In this document: piece after piece, positions 8,924 through 19,169 of the stretch
How the letters are laid out: each line of letters opens with the position of its first letter
Numbering within the stretch: the stretch's first letter is position 1
Assembly: GCA_035691135.1 (NCBI GenBank)
Contig: DASSJR010000149.1
Span: forward strand, 1 to 58,739
DNA from: Nocardioides sp.
Lineage (GTDB): Bacteria; Actinomycetota; Actinomycetes; Propionibacteriales; Nocardioidaceae
Reading direction: 5' to 3'
DNA length: 58,739 nt
Notes under the pieces: generated by a model
What the model saw: the letters and a program-made list of their open reading frames with translations, nothing else
The model's database searches: none
What the model was told of the DNA's origin: nothing
Program-made: the position numbers and the translations under genes

Positions 8924-11275
8924 ATGCGATACGCCGATCTACGCCTGTGCCCCGGCTGCCGAACTGTGCTCCCCGCAAACCCGCGGTCCTGCCCTTCGTG
9001 CCACCTGCCACTCCGGGACCCACTGATCCCGGAGCTGTTCCAGACCTTCCAGCACGCCGACGTCCTGCTCGCCCAGCTCCACGCCAAGGCTGTCACGGAG
9101 GAGTCGGCGCCCGCACCCGCCGTGCCCGGGGAGTCCGTCGACCCGACCGCTCGCAGGTCCGGCCTGCGGACCGCTTCCGTTCCCGCGATCCTGCTCGGGC
9201 TCGGCGCCCTCTGCCTCCTCGTCGCCGCCATCACCTTCCTCGCCGTCGCCTGGTCATGGATGGGAGTCGGGGGCCGGACCGGTGTCCTGGTGGGTCTGAC
9301 GGTGGCCGCCGGCGGCACCGGTGTCGTGCTCGGTCGGCGCGGACTCCGGGTCGCCGCCGAGTCCTTGACCACCGTGGCGCTCGGCCTGGTGGCGCTCGAC
9401 GTAGTGGGCGCCATCAACGCCGGGTGGCTCGGCTCACCCGACTCGGGAGCATCGACCGCTTTGGTCGGCGCGGGAGTCGCGGTGGTTTCCGGCGCCATCC
9501 TGGTGGCGCGGTCCCGTCTGGTCGCACCGCAACTGGGGCTGGCGGTCGGCCTCACGCTCGCCTTCGCCGGGGTCGGGCTCACCACGGACCACGACCGACT
9601 CGTCGCCTTCCTGGCGGTGCTCGCCCTGGGCACGGCCGCCTCGCTCGGACGCCTGGTCGGTGCCTGCGTGCTGCTCGTGACGGGCGCGCTCGCGGCCGGT
9701 GCGTGGTGGGTCTGGCTCCTGCTGACCGGCCTCGAAGACGCGTTGACCGACCCGAGCCTGGCCGGCCTCTGGACCACCGCGAACGCGCTGCCGCTGCTCG
9801 GTGCGGCCGCCCTCCTGGTCTGCCTCGCTGTCCTGCTCCACCCGGGCCTGGGGGCCTGGGTCGCTGCTTCCGGAGCCGCGTCCATCGTCACGCTGCTGCT
9901 CGCGGTTCCGGCCGTCGATGAGGGGATCACCACCCGCGGGCTCACCATCTTGGCCGCACTCTTCTTCTGGTCGGCGGTCGCAGCCGCGGTCCCCACCTGG
10001 CGCGGAGTGACGCTGGGGCCGCTTGCTTTGGCTGCGGTGCCTGCCGTTGCACTGACCGGAGCACACCTCCTCGACGCGGCGGTTCGAGTCGGGAGCGTCG
10101 GCGACCCGTTCACCGAGACAGCCGCCGTCCGGCTCGCTGCCCTCTCCCCGGACACCAGCCCACTGCTGCTGGTTCCGCTCGTCGCCGCACTCCTGACTGC
10201 GGCACGGGTGGCCACCCCGCTCCCGCGCGACGGGTTCGTGGCCGCCGCGCTGCTCGTGGTCGCGGCCACGGCCACGCTCGCGTCGTACGCCGTCCCGCTG
10301 GCCGTCGTCGTCGGCGTGCTGGCGGTCGCCGGGCTGGTCGCTGCCTGGCTCGGGCGACCTGTCGTCGCCGGCGTCGTGATCGTGGTGACGATCTTCGTGG
10401 CACTGCCGAGCAGCGTCCTGACGCTCGTCGCCTGCGCAGCCGCGGTGGCGCTCGCAGCTCTGCTCCTGAGGTCACGCGAGACGCTGCCGACCACGCTGGG
10501 CGGGCTGCTCCTGCCGGCCGCCTCGGCCGGCGTGGTGTGGAGCGGCGCCGAGATCGCGGACGTCGCGGTTGACCTGCGTGCCGTGCCCGTCCTGGTCGTG
10601 ATGGGGCTCCTGGCGATCGCGAGGCCGCGGGTCGAGGTCGAGGCATCAGCGGCGCTCGCCGGGCTGGTGGCTGCGCTCGCCTCCCTCGACGTCGCGCCCG
10701 ACCAGCCGACCGCCCTGGCGGTCCAGCTCACCGTCGCGGGCGCGCTCGTGACCCTGAGCAGCCTCGTCCACCAGGAGCGCCGGGTCCTCGCCTGGCCCGG
10801 CGGCGCCCTTCTGGCCGCGGCCACCTGGGTGCGGCTCGCAGACCTCGGTGTGGACGCACCCGAGGCCTACACCCTGCCGTCGGCCCTAGTACTCGTGATG
10901 GTCGCGCTCGACAGGCTGCGGCGTCGGCCTGGGACCAGAACTGCCGTGCTGCTGCCCGGCCTGGTGCTCGCCACCGTCCCCACGCTGCTCTGGGTGCTGG
11001 TCGATCCGGTGAGCCCGAGGGCGGTGCTGCTCGGGGCCGCGTGCCTCGGCCTGGTCCTGGCCGGAGCCCAGCTCCGCTGGAGCGCCCCGCTGGCGGTCGG
11101 TGCCGTGGTCGGCGGGCTGCTCGTGGTCCGCGAGGTCGCGCCGTATGCCAGTGAGATGCCGCAGTGGGTTCTGATCGGCTTCGCCGGCACGATATTGACC
11201 GTGGTCGGCGTGACGTGGGAACAACGGGTGCTGGAGCTGCGCCGGGCGACGTCCTACCTCGGCCGGCTGCGCTGA
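8924..11275 (+). CDS. Large polytopic membrane protein with N-terminal zinc ribbon (SCO7613-like C-terminus)
   Basis: CPGC...CPSC; LLGLGALCLLVAAITFLAVAW; PEAYTLP; terminal GVTWEQR; >20 hydrophobic segments. Confidence 0.8.
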   Translation: MRYADLRLCPGCRTVLPANPRSCPSCHLPLRDPLIPELFQTFQHADVLLAQLHAKAVTEESAPAPAVPGESVDPTARRSGLRTASVPAILLGLGALCLLVAAITFLAVAWSWMGVGGRTGVLVGLTVAAGGTGVVLGRRGLRVAAESLTTVALGLVALDVVGAINAGWLGSPDSGASTALVGAGVAVVSGAILVARSRLVAPQLGLAVGLTLAFAGVGLTTDHDRLVAFLAVLALGTAASLGRLVGACVLLVTGALAAGAWWVWLLLTGLEDALTDPSLAGLWTTANALPLLGAAALLVCLAVLLHPGLGAWVAASGAASIVTLLLAVPAVDEGITTRGLTILAALFFWSAVAAAVPTWRGVTLGPLALAAVPAVALTGAHLLDAAVRVGSVGDPFTETAAVRLAALSPDTSPLLLVPLVAALLTAARVATPLPRDGFVAAALLVVAATATLASYAVPLAVVVGVLAVAGLVAAWLGRPVVAGVVIVVTIFVALPSSVLTLVACAAAVALAALLLRSRETLPTTLGGLLLPAASAGVVWSGAEIADVAVDLRAVPVLVVMGLLAIARPRVEVEASAALAGLVAALASLDVAPDQPTALAVQLTVAGALVTLSSLVHQERRVLAWPGGALLAAATWVRLADLGVDAPEAYTLPSALVLVMVALDRLRRRPGTRTAVLLPGLVLATVPTLLWVLVDPVSPRAVLLGAACLGLVLAGAQLRWSAPLAVGAVVGGLLVVREVAPYASEMPQWVLIGFAGTILTVVGVTWEQRVLELRRATSYLGRLR

Positions 11276-11598
11276 TCCGGGACCGTCGGCCGCCACAGGG
11301 CGCGCCGGATGTCGACGTTGCCGGACGGGCGCAGCGGGGTGCCCTCCTCCAGGTACGCCTGGCGGGCCTCAGTCTGGTGGCTCGGCGGCAACGAACCGTC
11401 GGCCCGGACCACCCGCCACCACGGCACCGGGCCGCCGTACGACGCCATGATCGACCCGACCTGGCGCGGCCCACCGCCGCCGGCCACCTCCCCGACCGCC
11501 TCGGCGATCGCGCCGTAGGTCGACACCCGCCCGCGCGGGATCTGCTCCACACAGGTCAGCACCAGCTCGACGTACTCCTCCGGATCGATCCGCATCAC
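11254..11598 (-). CDS. Alkyltransferase-like (ATL, MGMT family) DNA-damage-binding protein
   Basis: IPRGRVSTYGAIA...PRQVG...VPWWRVV; Trp replaces the catalytic Cys of PCHRV. Confidence 0.9.
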   Translation of the reverse strand: MMRIDPEEYVELVLTCVEQIPRGRVSTYGAIAEAVGEVAGGGGPRQVGSIMASYGGPVPWWRVVRADGSLPPSHQTEARQAYLEEGTPLRPSGNVDIRRALWRPTVPDQRSRPR

Positions 11599-12110
11599 TG
11601 CTCCTGCGACGAGCCGGCCAGGACGAGCCCGGCGGCCACGGTCGTCACCAGTGCCGCGGCCAGACCGGCGATCCAGATCCCGCCTGGCTCCGGCTGACCC
11701 TCGAGCAGGGTGGCCACGAGGTAGACCGCCGGCGCGGCCAGGAACACCACCGCGCCACGGACCGCCCAGAGGCGGACCGTCGCAGGGTCTGGCGGCAGGT
11801 CACGCGGGCCGTAGCCCGCGACGACGGCGGCCAGGTGCGCCGTCAGCAGCCCGGCGGCCGCCAGCAGCGCCTCGGGGTAGGGCCCTCCGCGGAAGGCGAA
11901 TCCCCACCAGGCCAGCACCAGACCGGTCGCCGCGGTGCCCATCGCGGCCTCGGGCAGCAGCGCGAAAGCCACGGCGAGGCCGGCGACCAGGACGACCAGC
12001 CACCAGGCCGGCCACACCCCCCGCAGGCCGGTGGCGAGCAGGGCGACCATCACCCCGGCCAGGATCGTGATTCGCAGCGCCGCCTGGGCCGGAGTCCCCA
12101 TCCGACTCAT
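11595..12110 (-). CDS. Hypothetical membrane protein
   Basis: Hydrophobic ORF; ATG 12110 overlaps the DUF58 stop and its own stop overlaps the ATL start. Confidence 0.75.
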   Translation of the reverse strand: MSRMGTPAQAALRITILAGVMVALLATGLRGVWPAWWLVVLVAGLAVAFALLPEAAMGTAATGLVLAWWGFAFRGGPYPEALLAAAGLLTAHLAAVVAGYGPRDLPPDPATVRLWAVRGAVVFLAAPAVYLVATLLEGQPEPGGIWIAGLAAALVTTVAAGLVLAGSSQEQ

Positions 12111-13405
12111 CTCGCACGAACCTGGGGCATCTGGGCGCGCCTGGCGAGGCGACGCATCACGTCGTCGACGGTGCCGGCCCCTCGCCAGGCCACGACGGGA
12201 CATCCGAGCGAGGCGAGGCGGGCAAGAAGCTGGTCGCGCTCGAGCAGGCGCATCCGCCACGCGAGTCCGGCCACCACCGGGTCGGTGCCTTCCGCCACTT
12301 CCAGCGCCATCCCCGTAGGCAGGGTGTCGATGACGACGACCGGCAGCCCTCGCTGGACCAGGGTGGCCGTGGCGGTGGCCACCGCGTCGGCCAACATCGG
12401 CGACAGCACGATCACGACGGTCCCGCCGGTCACCCCGAGGAACGGCCTCTCGCGGCCGAACGTGCGGGGCTCGCCGGGACCGACCATCGACAGCTGGCCG
12501 AGCAGGCTGCGCAGGTGCCGCTCGCCGGTGCCGAAGGCGACCGAGCTCACCCGCCTTGGCCCGATCACCCGGAGCGAGACGCGGTCACCGCGCCGCACGT
12601 GGTGCTCGGCCAGCGCCGCACAGGCGCGGACCGTCACGTCCAGGCTGCTCGCGGCACCTTCCAGGCCACCCGAGCGCCCGTGGTCGGCGAGCGCGTCGAC
12701 GACCAGCAGGACTCCGGTGTCCTCCTCGGCCCGGGCGGTCACCACGTGCAGGTTGCGGGAGCGCAGGGAGACCCGCCAGTTGATCCGCCGCAGCCGGTCG
12801 CCGGCCTGGAACGGGCGGATCCCCGAGAACTCGCTGCCGGAGCCGACCCGTCGCGAGCGGTGTGCGCCGACCAGGCCGAGCGGTTGTGGGGCTTCCGCAC
12901 GCGAGTCGTACGGCGCCCGGACCGGCAGGACCTGCAGCTGGTTCCCGACCAACGCGACCGGGCCCCAGCGGTAACCGGCCCACCGGCTGGTGAGGGCGAC
13001 GTCCTCGTGCCCCAGGATCCGCCGGCCCCACCGCCGCGGGCTGATCTCGAGCACCGGGAGCGAGGAGTTGTCCGTGACCAGCCGGCCGATCCGGCCGTGC
13101 GCCGGGTGCGTGGCCACGAAGGGGGCGGGCGTCGCCATCCGGGTGACCTGCTCGACCCCGTCGAGATCGGAGACCAGCAACCGCGAACGCGTGCCCTGCC
13201 CCTCGTGCAGGTGCAGGTGGTCGACCTGGGCGTCGACGTCGGGACGAGTGGACGGCCGATGGATGATCCCGAACGCCGCGAGCAGGAGGAAGGGCGCGCT
13301 GAGCACCACCAGCACCGCGTCACCGAAGCCGACCGCCAGGCCCAGCCCCAGCACGCCGACGGCCAGGGACCGGCTCAGCGCACCGGTGGGTCGCCACCGT
13401 GTCAT
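12107..13405 (-). CDS. DUF58 domain protein (MoxR partner)
   Basis: EFSGIRPFQAGDRLRRINWRVS motif; directly downstream of MoxR. Confidence 0.9.
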   Translation of the reverse strand: MTRWRPTGALSRSLAVGVLGLGLAVGFGDAVLVVLSAPFLLLAAFGIIHRPSTRPDVDAQVDHLHLHEGQGTRSRLLVSDLDGVEQVTRMATPAPFVATHPAHGRIGRLVTDNSSLPVLEISPRRWGRRILGHEDVALTSRWAGYRWGPVALVGNQLQVLPVRAPYDSRAEAPQPLGLVGAHRSRRVGSGSEFSGIRPFQAGDRLRRINWRVSLRSRNLHVVTARAEEDTGVLLVVDALADHGRSGGLEGAASSLDVTVRACAALAEHHVRRGDRVSLRVIGPRRVSSVAFGTGERHLRSLLGQLSMVGPGEPRTFGRERPFLGVTGGTVVIVLSPMLADAVATATATLVQRGLPVVVIDTLPTGMALEVAEGTDPVVAGLAWRMRLLERDQLLARLASLGCPVVAWRGAGTVDDVMRRLARRAQMPQVRAR

Positions 13406-13433
13406 GGCAGTCGGTTCATGGCAGTCGGCTCAT
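13402..13433 (-). repeat. 14-bp tandem repeat encoding two chained micro-ORFs (MSRLP*, MNRLP*)
   Basis: Minus strand ATG AGC CGA CTG CCA TGA, then ATG AAC CGA CTG CCA TGA; every junction is an ATGA overlap. Confidence 0.8.
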
Positions 13434-14404
13434 GGTCGTGGGGTCGCCTCGAGCGTCGCCGGGGTCGGCACCCGGCCGAGCACGTCGTCGACCACGCGAG
13501 CGCCGCTCACCTCGGTCATCCAGAGCTCGGGCCGGACCGTGATCCGGTGGGCGAGGACCGACCGGGCGACGACCTTGACGTCCTCGGGAATGACGTAGTC
13601 GCGGCCGCGCAGGAGCGCGAAGGCCCGCGCGGTCAGCACCAGTCCGAGGGAGCCCCGAGGCGAGGAGCCGGTCAGCACGTCGTGGTGGTCCCGGGTGGCC
13701 ACGGCCAGGTCGACGCAGTAGCGCCCGACGCTCTCGTCGACGCGGACCGTCTCGACCGCGGCCTGGAGGTCGAGCAGCCCGGCCGCGTCGGTCACGGCGT
13801 CGAGCTCGACCTCCTCCTGCTGGCGCTCCAGCCGGCGGGCGATCACGTCGTACTCCTCGTGGGACGAGGGGTAGCCGAAGCTCACCCGGAGCAGAAACCG
13901 GTCGAGCTGGGCCTCGGGCAACGGGTAGGTGCCCTCGTACTCGACCGGGTTCGCGGTGGCCAGGACGTGGAACGGCTCGGCCAGCGGGAAGGTCTCGCCC
14001 TCCACCGTCACCTGCCGCTCCTGCATCGCCTCGAGCAGCGCGGCCTGGGTCTTGGGCGGTGTCCGGTTGATCTCGTCGGCCAGCAGCAGGCCGGTGAACA
14101 GCGGCCCGCGGCGGAAGTTGAAGGTGCCCTCGCGCTGGTCGTAGAGAAACGACCCGGTGAGGTCGGCAGGCAGCAGGTCAGGGGTGAACTGAGCCCGGGT
14201 GAACGTGATCCCCAGCGCCCGCGCGAGCGACCGGGCCGCGAGTGTCTTGCCCAACCCCGGAAAGTCCTCGAGGAGCACATGACCCTTCGCCAGTACGGCG
14301 GCGAGCACGAGTCGCAACGCGTCTCGCTTGCCGACGATCGCCTTCTCGACCTCGTCGAGCACCAGCCCCGCGACTCGGGATGCCTCAGGCACACTCACAC
14401 TCAC
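13430..14404 (-). CDS. MoxR-family AAA+ ATPase
   Basis: GHVLLEDFPGLGKT Walker A; QFTPDLLPAD; LLADEINRTPPKTQAALLEAM; ATANPVEYEGTYPLPEAQLDRF; GTG 14404 overlaps the upstream stop. Confidence 0.95.
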   Translation of the reverse strand: MSVSVPEASRVAGLVLDEVEKAIVGKRDALRLVLAAVLAKGHVLLEDFPGLGKTLAARSLARALGITFTRAQFTPDLLPADLTGSFLYDQREGTFNFRRGPLFTGLLLADEINRTPPKTQAALLEAMQERQVTVEGETFPLAEPFHVLATANPVEYEGTYPLPEAQLDRFLLRVSFGYPSSHEEYDVIARRLERQQEEVELDAVTDAAGLLDLQAAVETVRVDESVGRYCVDLAVATRDHHDVLTGSSPRGSLGLVLTARAFALLRGRDYVIPEDVKVVARSVLAHRITVRPELWMTEVSGARVVDDVLGRVPTPATLEATPRP

Positions 14405-14868
14405 AGCTGTTCGATCCTCCTCAGGTAACCGTCGATCTCCTCGCGTCGCAGCCGGCGCGGAGGCCCGGCCAGCTCGCGCAGCAGCCCCGGGCCCAGCAAC
14501 TCCTCGGCGGCCGGGTCGTTGCGCGTCAGGCCATGCCGTCGGCTCAACCGCTCGTCGCAGAGCGTGGCCAGCCGATTGCGCAGGGCGGTATCCGCGGTTC
14601 GTGCGGTCAGGTGGCTCTCGAGGATGCGGACGTACGACGCCAGGTGGGGGTCCGTGGCGGTCGCACCACCCCGGCTCATCGGCTCGACCCGCCAGACCGG
14701 GCCACTCTCGCCGACGCTGTCCGAGAGGAGGCCGGTGACAGCAACCCCCAGCGTCACCAGCAGCGCCAGCCGCACGTGGTCGGGCGCGAAGGCGAACACG
14801 CTGAGCACGATGTCGAGCACCACGACCAGCGCCGCGGCGCCCGTCGCACGGCGTACCCACCTCCTCAT
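14401..14868 (-). CDS. Hypothetical membrane protein of the MoxR operon
   Basis: Two N-terminal TM segments; start/stop overlaps at both ends. Confidence 0.75.
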   Translation of the reverse strand: MRRWVRRATGAAALVVVLDIVLSVFAFAPDHVRLALLVTLGVAVTGLLSDSVGESGPVWRVEPMSRGGATATDPHLASYVRILESHLTARTADTALRNRLATLCDERLSRRHGLTRNDPAAEELLGPGLLRELAGPPRRLRREEIDGYLRRIEQL

Positions 14869-15602
14869 GCCCGCCTCCCCCGGCCGGCGAGGAGCCCCGC
14901 GTGGATGGCGTCCAGGTCGGCCACCGCCCGCGCCCGCGTTGCCTCGTCGAGGGAGTGGGTGGAGAACCTCGCCTCGCGGTAGAGGACGGCCAGCTCGGCG
15001 ACGGCGTGGGAGTCAGCGGCCACGAGGTCGAGCATGCGCAGGGTGAACTCGGACGACGTCTCCCAGGGGTGCCGCTCGAGGCCCGCCCCGGCGGCCTGAA
15101 GCTCGAAGCGGTGCCAGCACTCGACGATGGCGTTGCGGGGCGTGCCCTCCATCAGCAGCCGCCGCTGCTCCTCGGCGTCGCTGGTGATCTCCTCGGCCAG
15201 CCGTCGTGGGCCGTCGAGCACGTCGAACTCGACCTTCTCTGGCGGCGGCTCGGGCCGCTTTCGGGCGTCGAAGGTCTGCCAGGCCCAGCGCCCGAGGAGG
15301 AACAGCCCGTAGAGCACGACCAGGAGCGCCAGCAGCTCGAGGACGGCGGCAATGGCCCGCAGGATCGGGTGGTCACCGGCCAGCTTCTTGGCCAACCGGT
15401 CCCGGACCTGCTCGGCACTCTCCCCGGTGGGCGCCTCCAGGGACGTGGTCTCCGACGGCGTGAGCCGCTGTGCCTCGGGACCCTCGCCGGTGAGGACCCC
15501 ACTGGGTCCGATCGAGGCCGCCCACGTGACCAGGACCGCGACCAGCAGTACGCCGCCGACGACGGCGGCGACTGCCGTGACCGGCGCGCGACTGGCCCCC
15601 AT
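14865..15602 (-). CDS. DUF4129 domain membrane protein
   Basis: PRNAIVECW...ETSSEF...LYREARFS; TAGGTT -10 just upstream of the ATG. Confidence 0.85.
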   Translation of the reverse strand: MGASRAPVTAVAAVVGGVLLVAVLVTWAASIGPSGVLTGEGPEAQRLTPSETTSLEAPTGESAEQVRDRLAKKLAGDHPILRAIAAVLELLALLVVLYGLFLLGRWAWQTFDARKRPEPPPEKVEFDVLDGPRRLAEEITSDAEEQRRLLMEGTPRNAIVECWHRFELQAAGAGLERHPWETSSEFTLRMLDLVAADSHAVAELAVLYREARFSTHSLDEATRARAVADLDAIHAGLLAGRGRRA

Positions 15603-15676
15603 GGCGCCCGAACCTACCGGCGCAACCCTGCCGATGGGTCACGCAGTGGTCACAGATGCCGCTTCGGTGACCCGGG

Positions 15677-16558
15677 TCAGGGGGTCGGGGAGAACTTCAC
15701 GGTCCCGCGGACCAGGTGCAGGCCGCGGATGCCCGAGTGGCGCTGGGCGAAGTGGAGCTCGTGCGCGAGGTCGCCGAGGCCGTTCGAGGTGGGCACGGGT
15801 GCCAGCTGGACTGTGGAGAGCGTCCCGAAGGCTCGGCCGTGGGCGTTGAGGAACCCGCTGCCGGAGTCACCGGGAATGCCGGGCGTGACGGTTTCGACCT
15901 GCCATCCCCAGCCCCGGTTGGTCCGTCCCAGCGACGTGCCGGTCTTGGGGGAGAAAGCGGTGGTGGGACGCAGACTCGACTGCCCGTAGGAGTAGACCTG
16001 GCTCCCCCGCGGAGCTCCCCTGGTCGCCAACCCGGTCGGGCCGCCCCAGATCGGGACCGACGGGTTGACCTTGCGCCGGTCGCTGCGGCTCACGCGCACC
16101 AGCGCGAAGTCGTTGGCCGCACACGCCGGGCCGCGCCTCATGTGGAGCTGGCGCATCTTGATCCAGGAGCTGTAGGCCAGGGTGCCGTGGCCGACCGTGG
16201 TGCCGTTGGTGGCGAGCGTGGCCCCCCTCGCGAACCTCACCCGGGTCCCCAGCGGGTGCGAACGGGTCTTGCAGCCGTTGGTGTCGGTGGCCGCCCCCTT
16301 GCCGGCGCAGTGCGACGCGTAGCCGACGTAGGCGCGGCCCGCCCGGTCCGCGAACACGAAGTTGCCCGTGCACTGGGCGCCCTTGGTGAACATCTGCACC
16401 CCCGGCCGGATCTTGGCCTTGCCGGCCGGCGCCCAGCGGGCCGGCAGGTTGGCGCCGGCCTGACTTGCCTGGGCCTGAGTGGCCGGCGACGCCAGCAGGG
16501 TGGCGAGCAGCAGGAGGGTCGCGGAGATCAGGGACGTGAGGAGTCTTGTCGGGCGCAT
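15677..16558 (-). CDS. Secreted trypsin-like serine protease, basic paralog
   Basis: Signal peptide; CTGNF, SHC, NDF and GDSGS catalytic-triad motifs. Confidence 0.85.
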   Translation of the reverse strand: MRPTRLLTSLISATLLLLATLLASPATQAQASQAGANLPARWAPAGKAKIRPGVQMFTKGAQCTGNFVFADRAGRAYVGYASHCAGKGAATDTNGCKTRSHPLGTRVRFARGATLATNGTTVGHGTLAYSSWIKMRQLHMRRGPACAANDFALVRVSRSDRRKVNPSVPIWGGPTGLATRGAPRGSQVYSYGQSSLRPTTAFSPKTGTSLGRTNRGWGWQVETVTPGIPGDSGSGFLNAHGRAFGTLSTVQLAPVPTSNGLGDLAHELHFAQRHSGIRGLHLVRGTVKFSPTP

Positions 16559-16573
16559 GTAGGTCCAACGATA

Positions 16574-16608
16574 AGCAGCCCCGCCCGGCTACGCCGAACG
16601 GGGCTGCT
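16574..16608 (-). terminator. Stem-loop terminator between the two protease genes
   Basis: Perfect 10-bp arms AGCAGCCCCG/CGGGGCTGCT; the inner stem pairs with G-U on the minus strand. Confidence 0.7.
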
Positions 16609-16639
16609 GATTTGCGGGGGTCTTCCAGGGTGTCCTATC

Positions 16640-17551
16640 TCACAGGACGGGCGAGAACGGCTCGGTGCCCTGAGCGAGCGTGAGGCCGCTGAACCCGCCG
16701 AACTGCTGGGCGTAGGCGAGCTCGTGGGCGATGTCACCGACACCGTTGGACCCGGCGAGGGGTGCCAGCTGAACGGTCGACAGGACGCCGAGAGCATTTC
16801 CGTTGGCGTCGAGGAAGGCGCTGCCGGAGTCGCCGGGGATGCCCGGGGTCACGGTGTAGACCGGGTGGTTCCAGCCGTCGCTGTCGGTGCCGAGGCTGGT
16901 GCCCTGCTTGGGCGAGAGCTCCTCCACGCCGCCGCGGAGGCTGGAGTTGCCGTAGGAGTAGACGTTGTCGCCTGCCGCGGTGCCGGTGGTGTTGAGCCCG
17001 ACGGGGCCGCCCCAGAACGGGATCGACGGGTTGACCTTGGAGACGTCGGCGGCGTCGACCTTGATCAGCGCAAGGTCGTTGTAGGCGCAGGTGTTCGCGT
17101 CGGACTCGTTGCGCTGCTGCATGGTCAGCCATGAGGAGTAGACGATGGTGCCCGCGCCGACCTGCTCACCGTCGCTCACCAGCGAGCCGCCCCGGTTGAA
17201 CGTGACCCGGGTGCCCAGGGGCAGCGAGCCCGAGTCACAGCCGTCGGTGTCGGTGGCGGCGCCGGTGCCTGCGCAGTGGGCGGCTTGGCCGATGTAGACG
17301 GTGCCGGCGGCGTCGGTGAACACGAAGTTCGCGGTGCACTGGGCGCCATCGGTGTAGGTCTGGACGCCCGGGGTGATCGCGGCCGTGTCGGCCGGCGCCC
17401 AGGCGACGGCGACGTTCGTACGGCTGCTCTTTCCACCCTTGGCGGCTGCGGCGGGTTGCGCGGTGACCAGTGCTGCCCCGAGAAAGGCGCTGATCAGGAT
17501 CGCGACTGCGCCGGTGAACCGGCGCTTGGACTTCGTCGAGGCGAAGCTCAT
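16640..17551 (-). CDS. Secreted trypsin-like serine protease, acidic paralog
   Basis: Signal peptide ending AAA; CTANF, AAHC, NDL and GDSGS motifs; GGAGG RBS. Confidence 0.87.
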   Translation of the reverse strand: MSFASTKSKRRFTGAVAILISAFLGAALVTAQPAAAAKGGKSSRTNVAVAWAPADTAAITPGVQTYTDGAQCTANFVFTDAAGTVYIGQAAHCAGTGAATDTDGCDSGSLPLGTRVTFNRGGSLVSDGEQVGAGTIVYSSWLTMQQRNESDANTCAYNDLALIKVDAADVSKVNPSIPFWGGPVGLNTTGTAAGDNVYSYGNSSLRGGVEELSPKQGTSLGTDSDGWNHPVYTVTPGIPGDSGSAFLDANGNALGVLSTVQLAPLAGSNGVGDIAHELAYAQQFGGFSGLTLAQGTEPFSPVL

Positions 17552-17674
17552 GGTTGGGGGTATCCCTCCGGTCGTGGTGCCGGCTCAGGGGTCGCCGACA
17601 CCTGTGGTCGTTTCCCTCAACGACTCAGACCAAACAGGGTTACGCGCCGCCCGGGTGCAGCAGGACGGACGGGT

Positions 17675-18877
<1,203 letters not shown>

Positions 18878-19169
18878 GGAAACTCCTCGTGAGGGCGACA
18901 GTTATCCGCCACAACTTCGGACGGCCCGTCCATGTTCCCTCGCGGGGCCGGGCCGCCCGGCCGGGTCCCGGCATCCGGACTTCCATCGCCCAGGGCCGGG
19001 AACGTCCCGGAATGGCACCGATATCCGGATGATTTTCCGCGAAGTCACCGAAAAAGTCGGTGAAACTCTTGCCTTTACTTACCACCCTGGGGTGGAGTAC
19101 CGCCTTGGTGCCCAAACGGGCTAGTCCGTTCGGGTCATCACTCACTCATTTACACGGAGGGGCGATTCC

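Noticed and set aside
14391-14404. GTGAGT repeat at the moxR start
   Set aside because: Only two in-frame 6-bp units; likely chance or trivial slippage
14405-14860. N-terminal extension of MoxR
   Set aside because: Overlaps the upstream gene in another frame; the GTGA-coupled start at 14404 gives a normal-length MoxR
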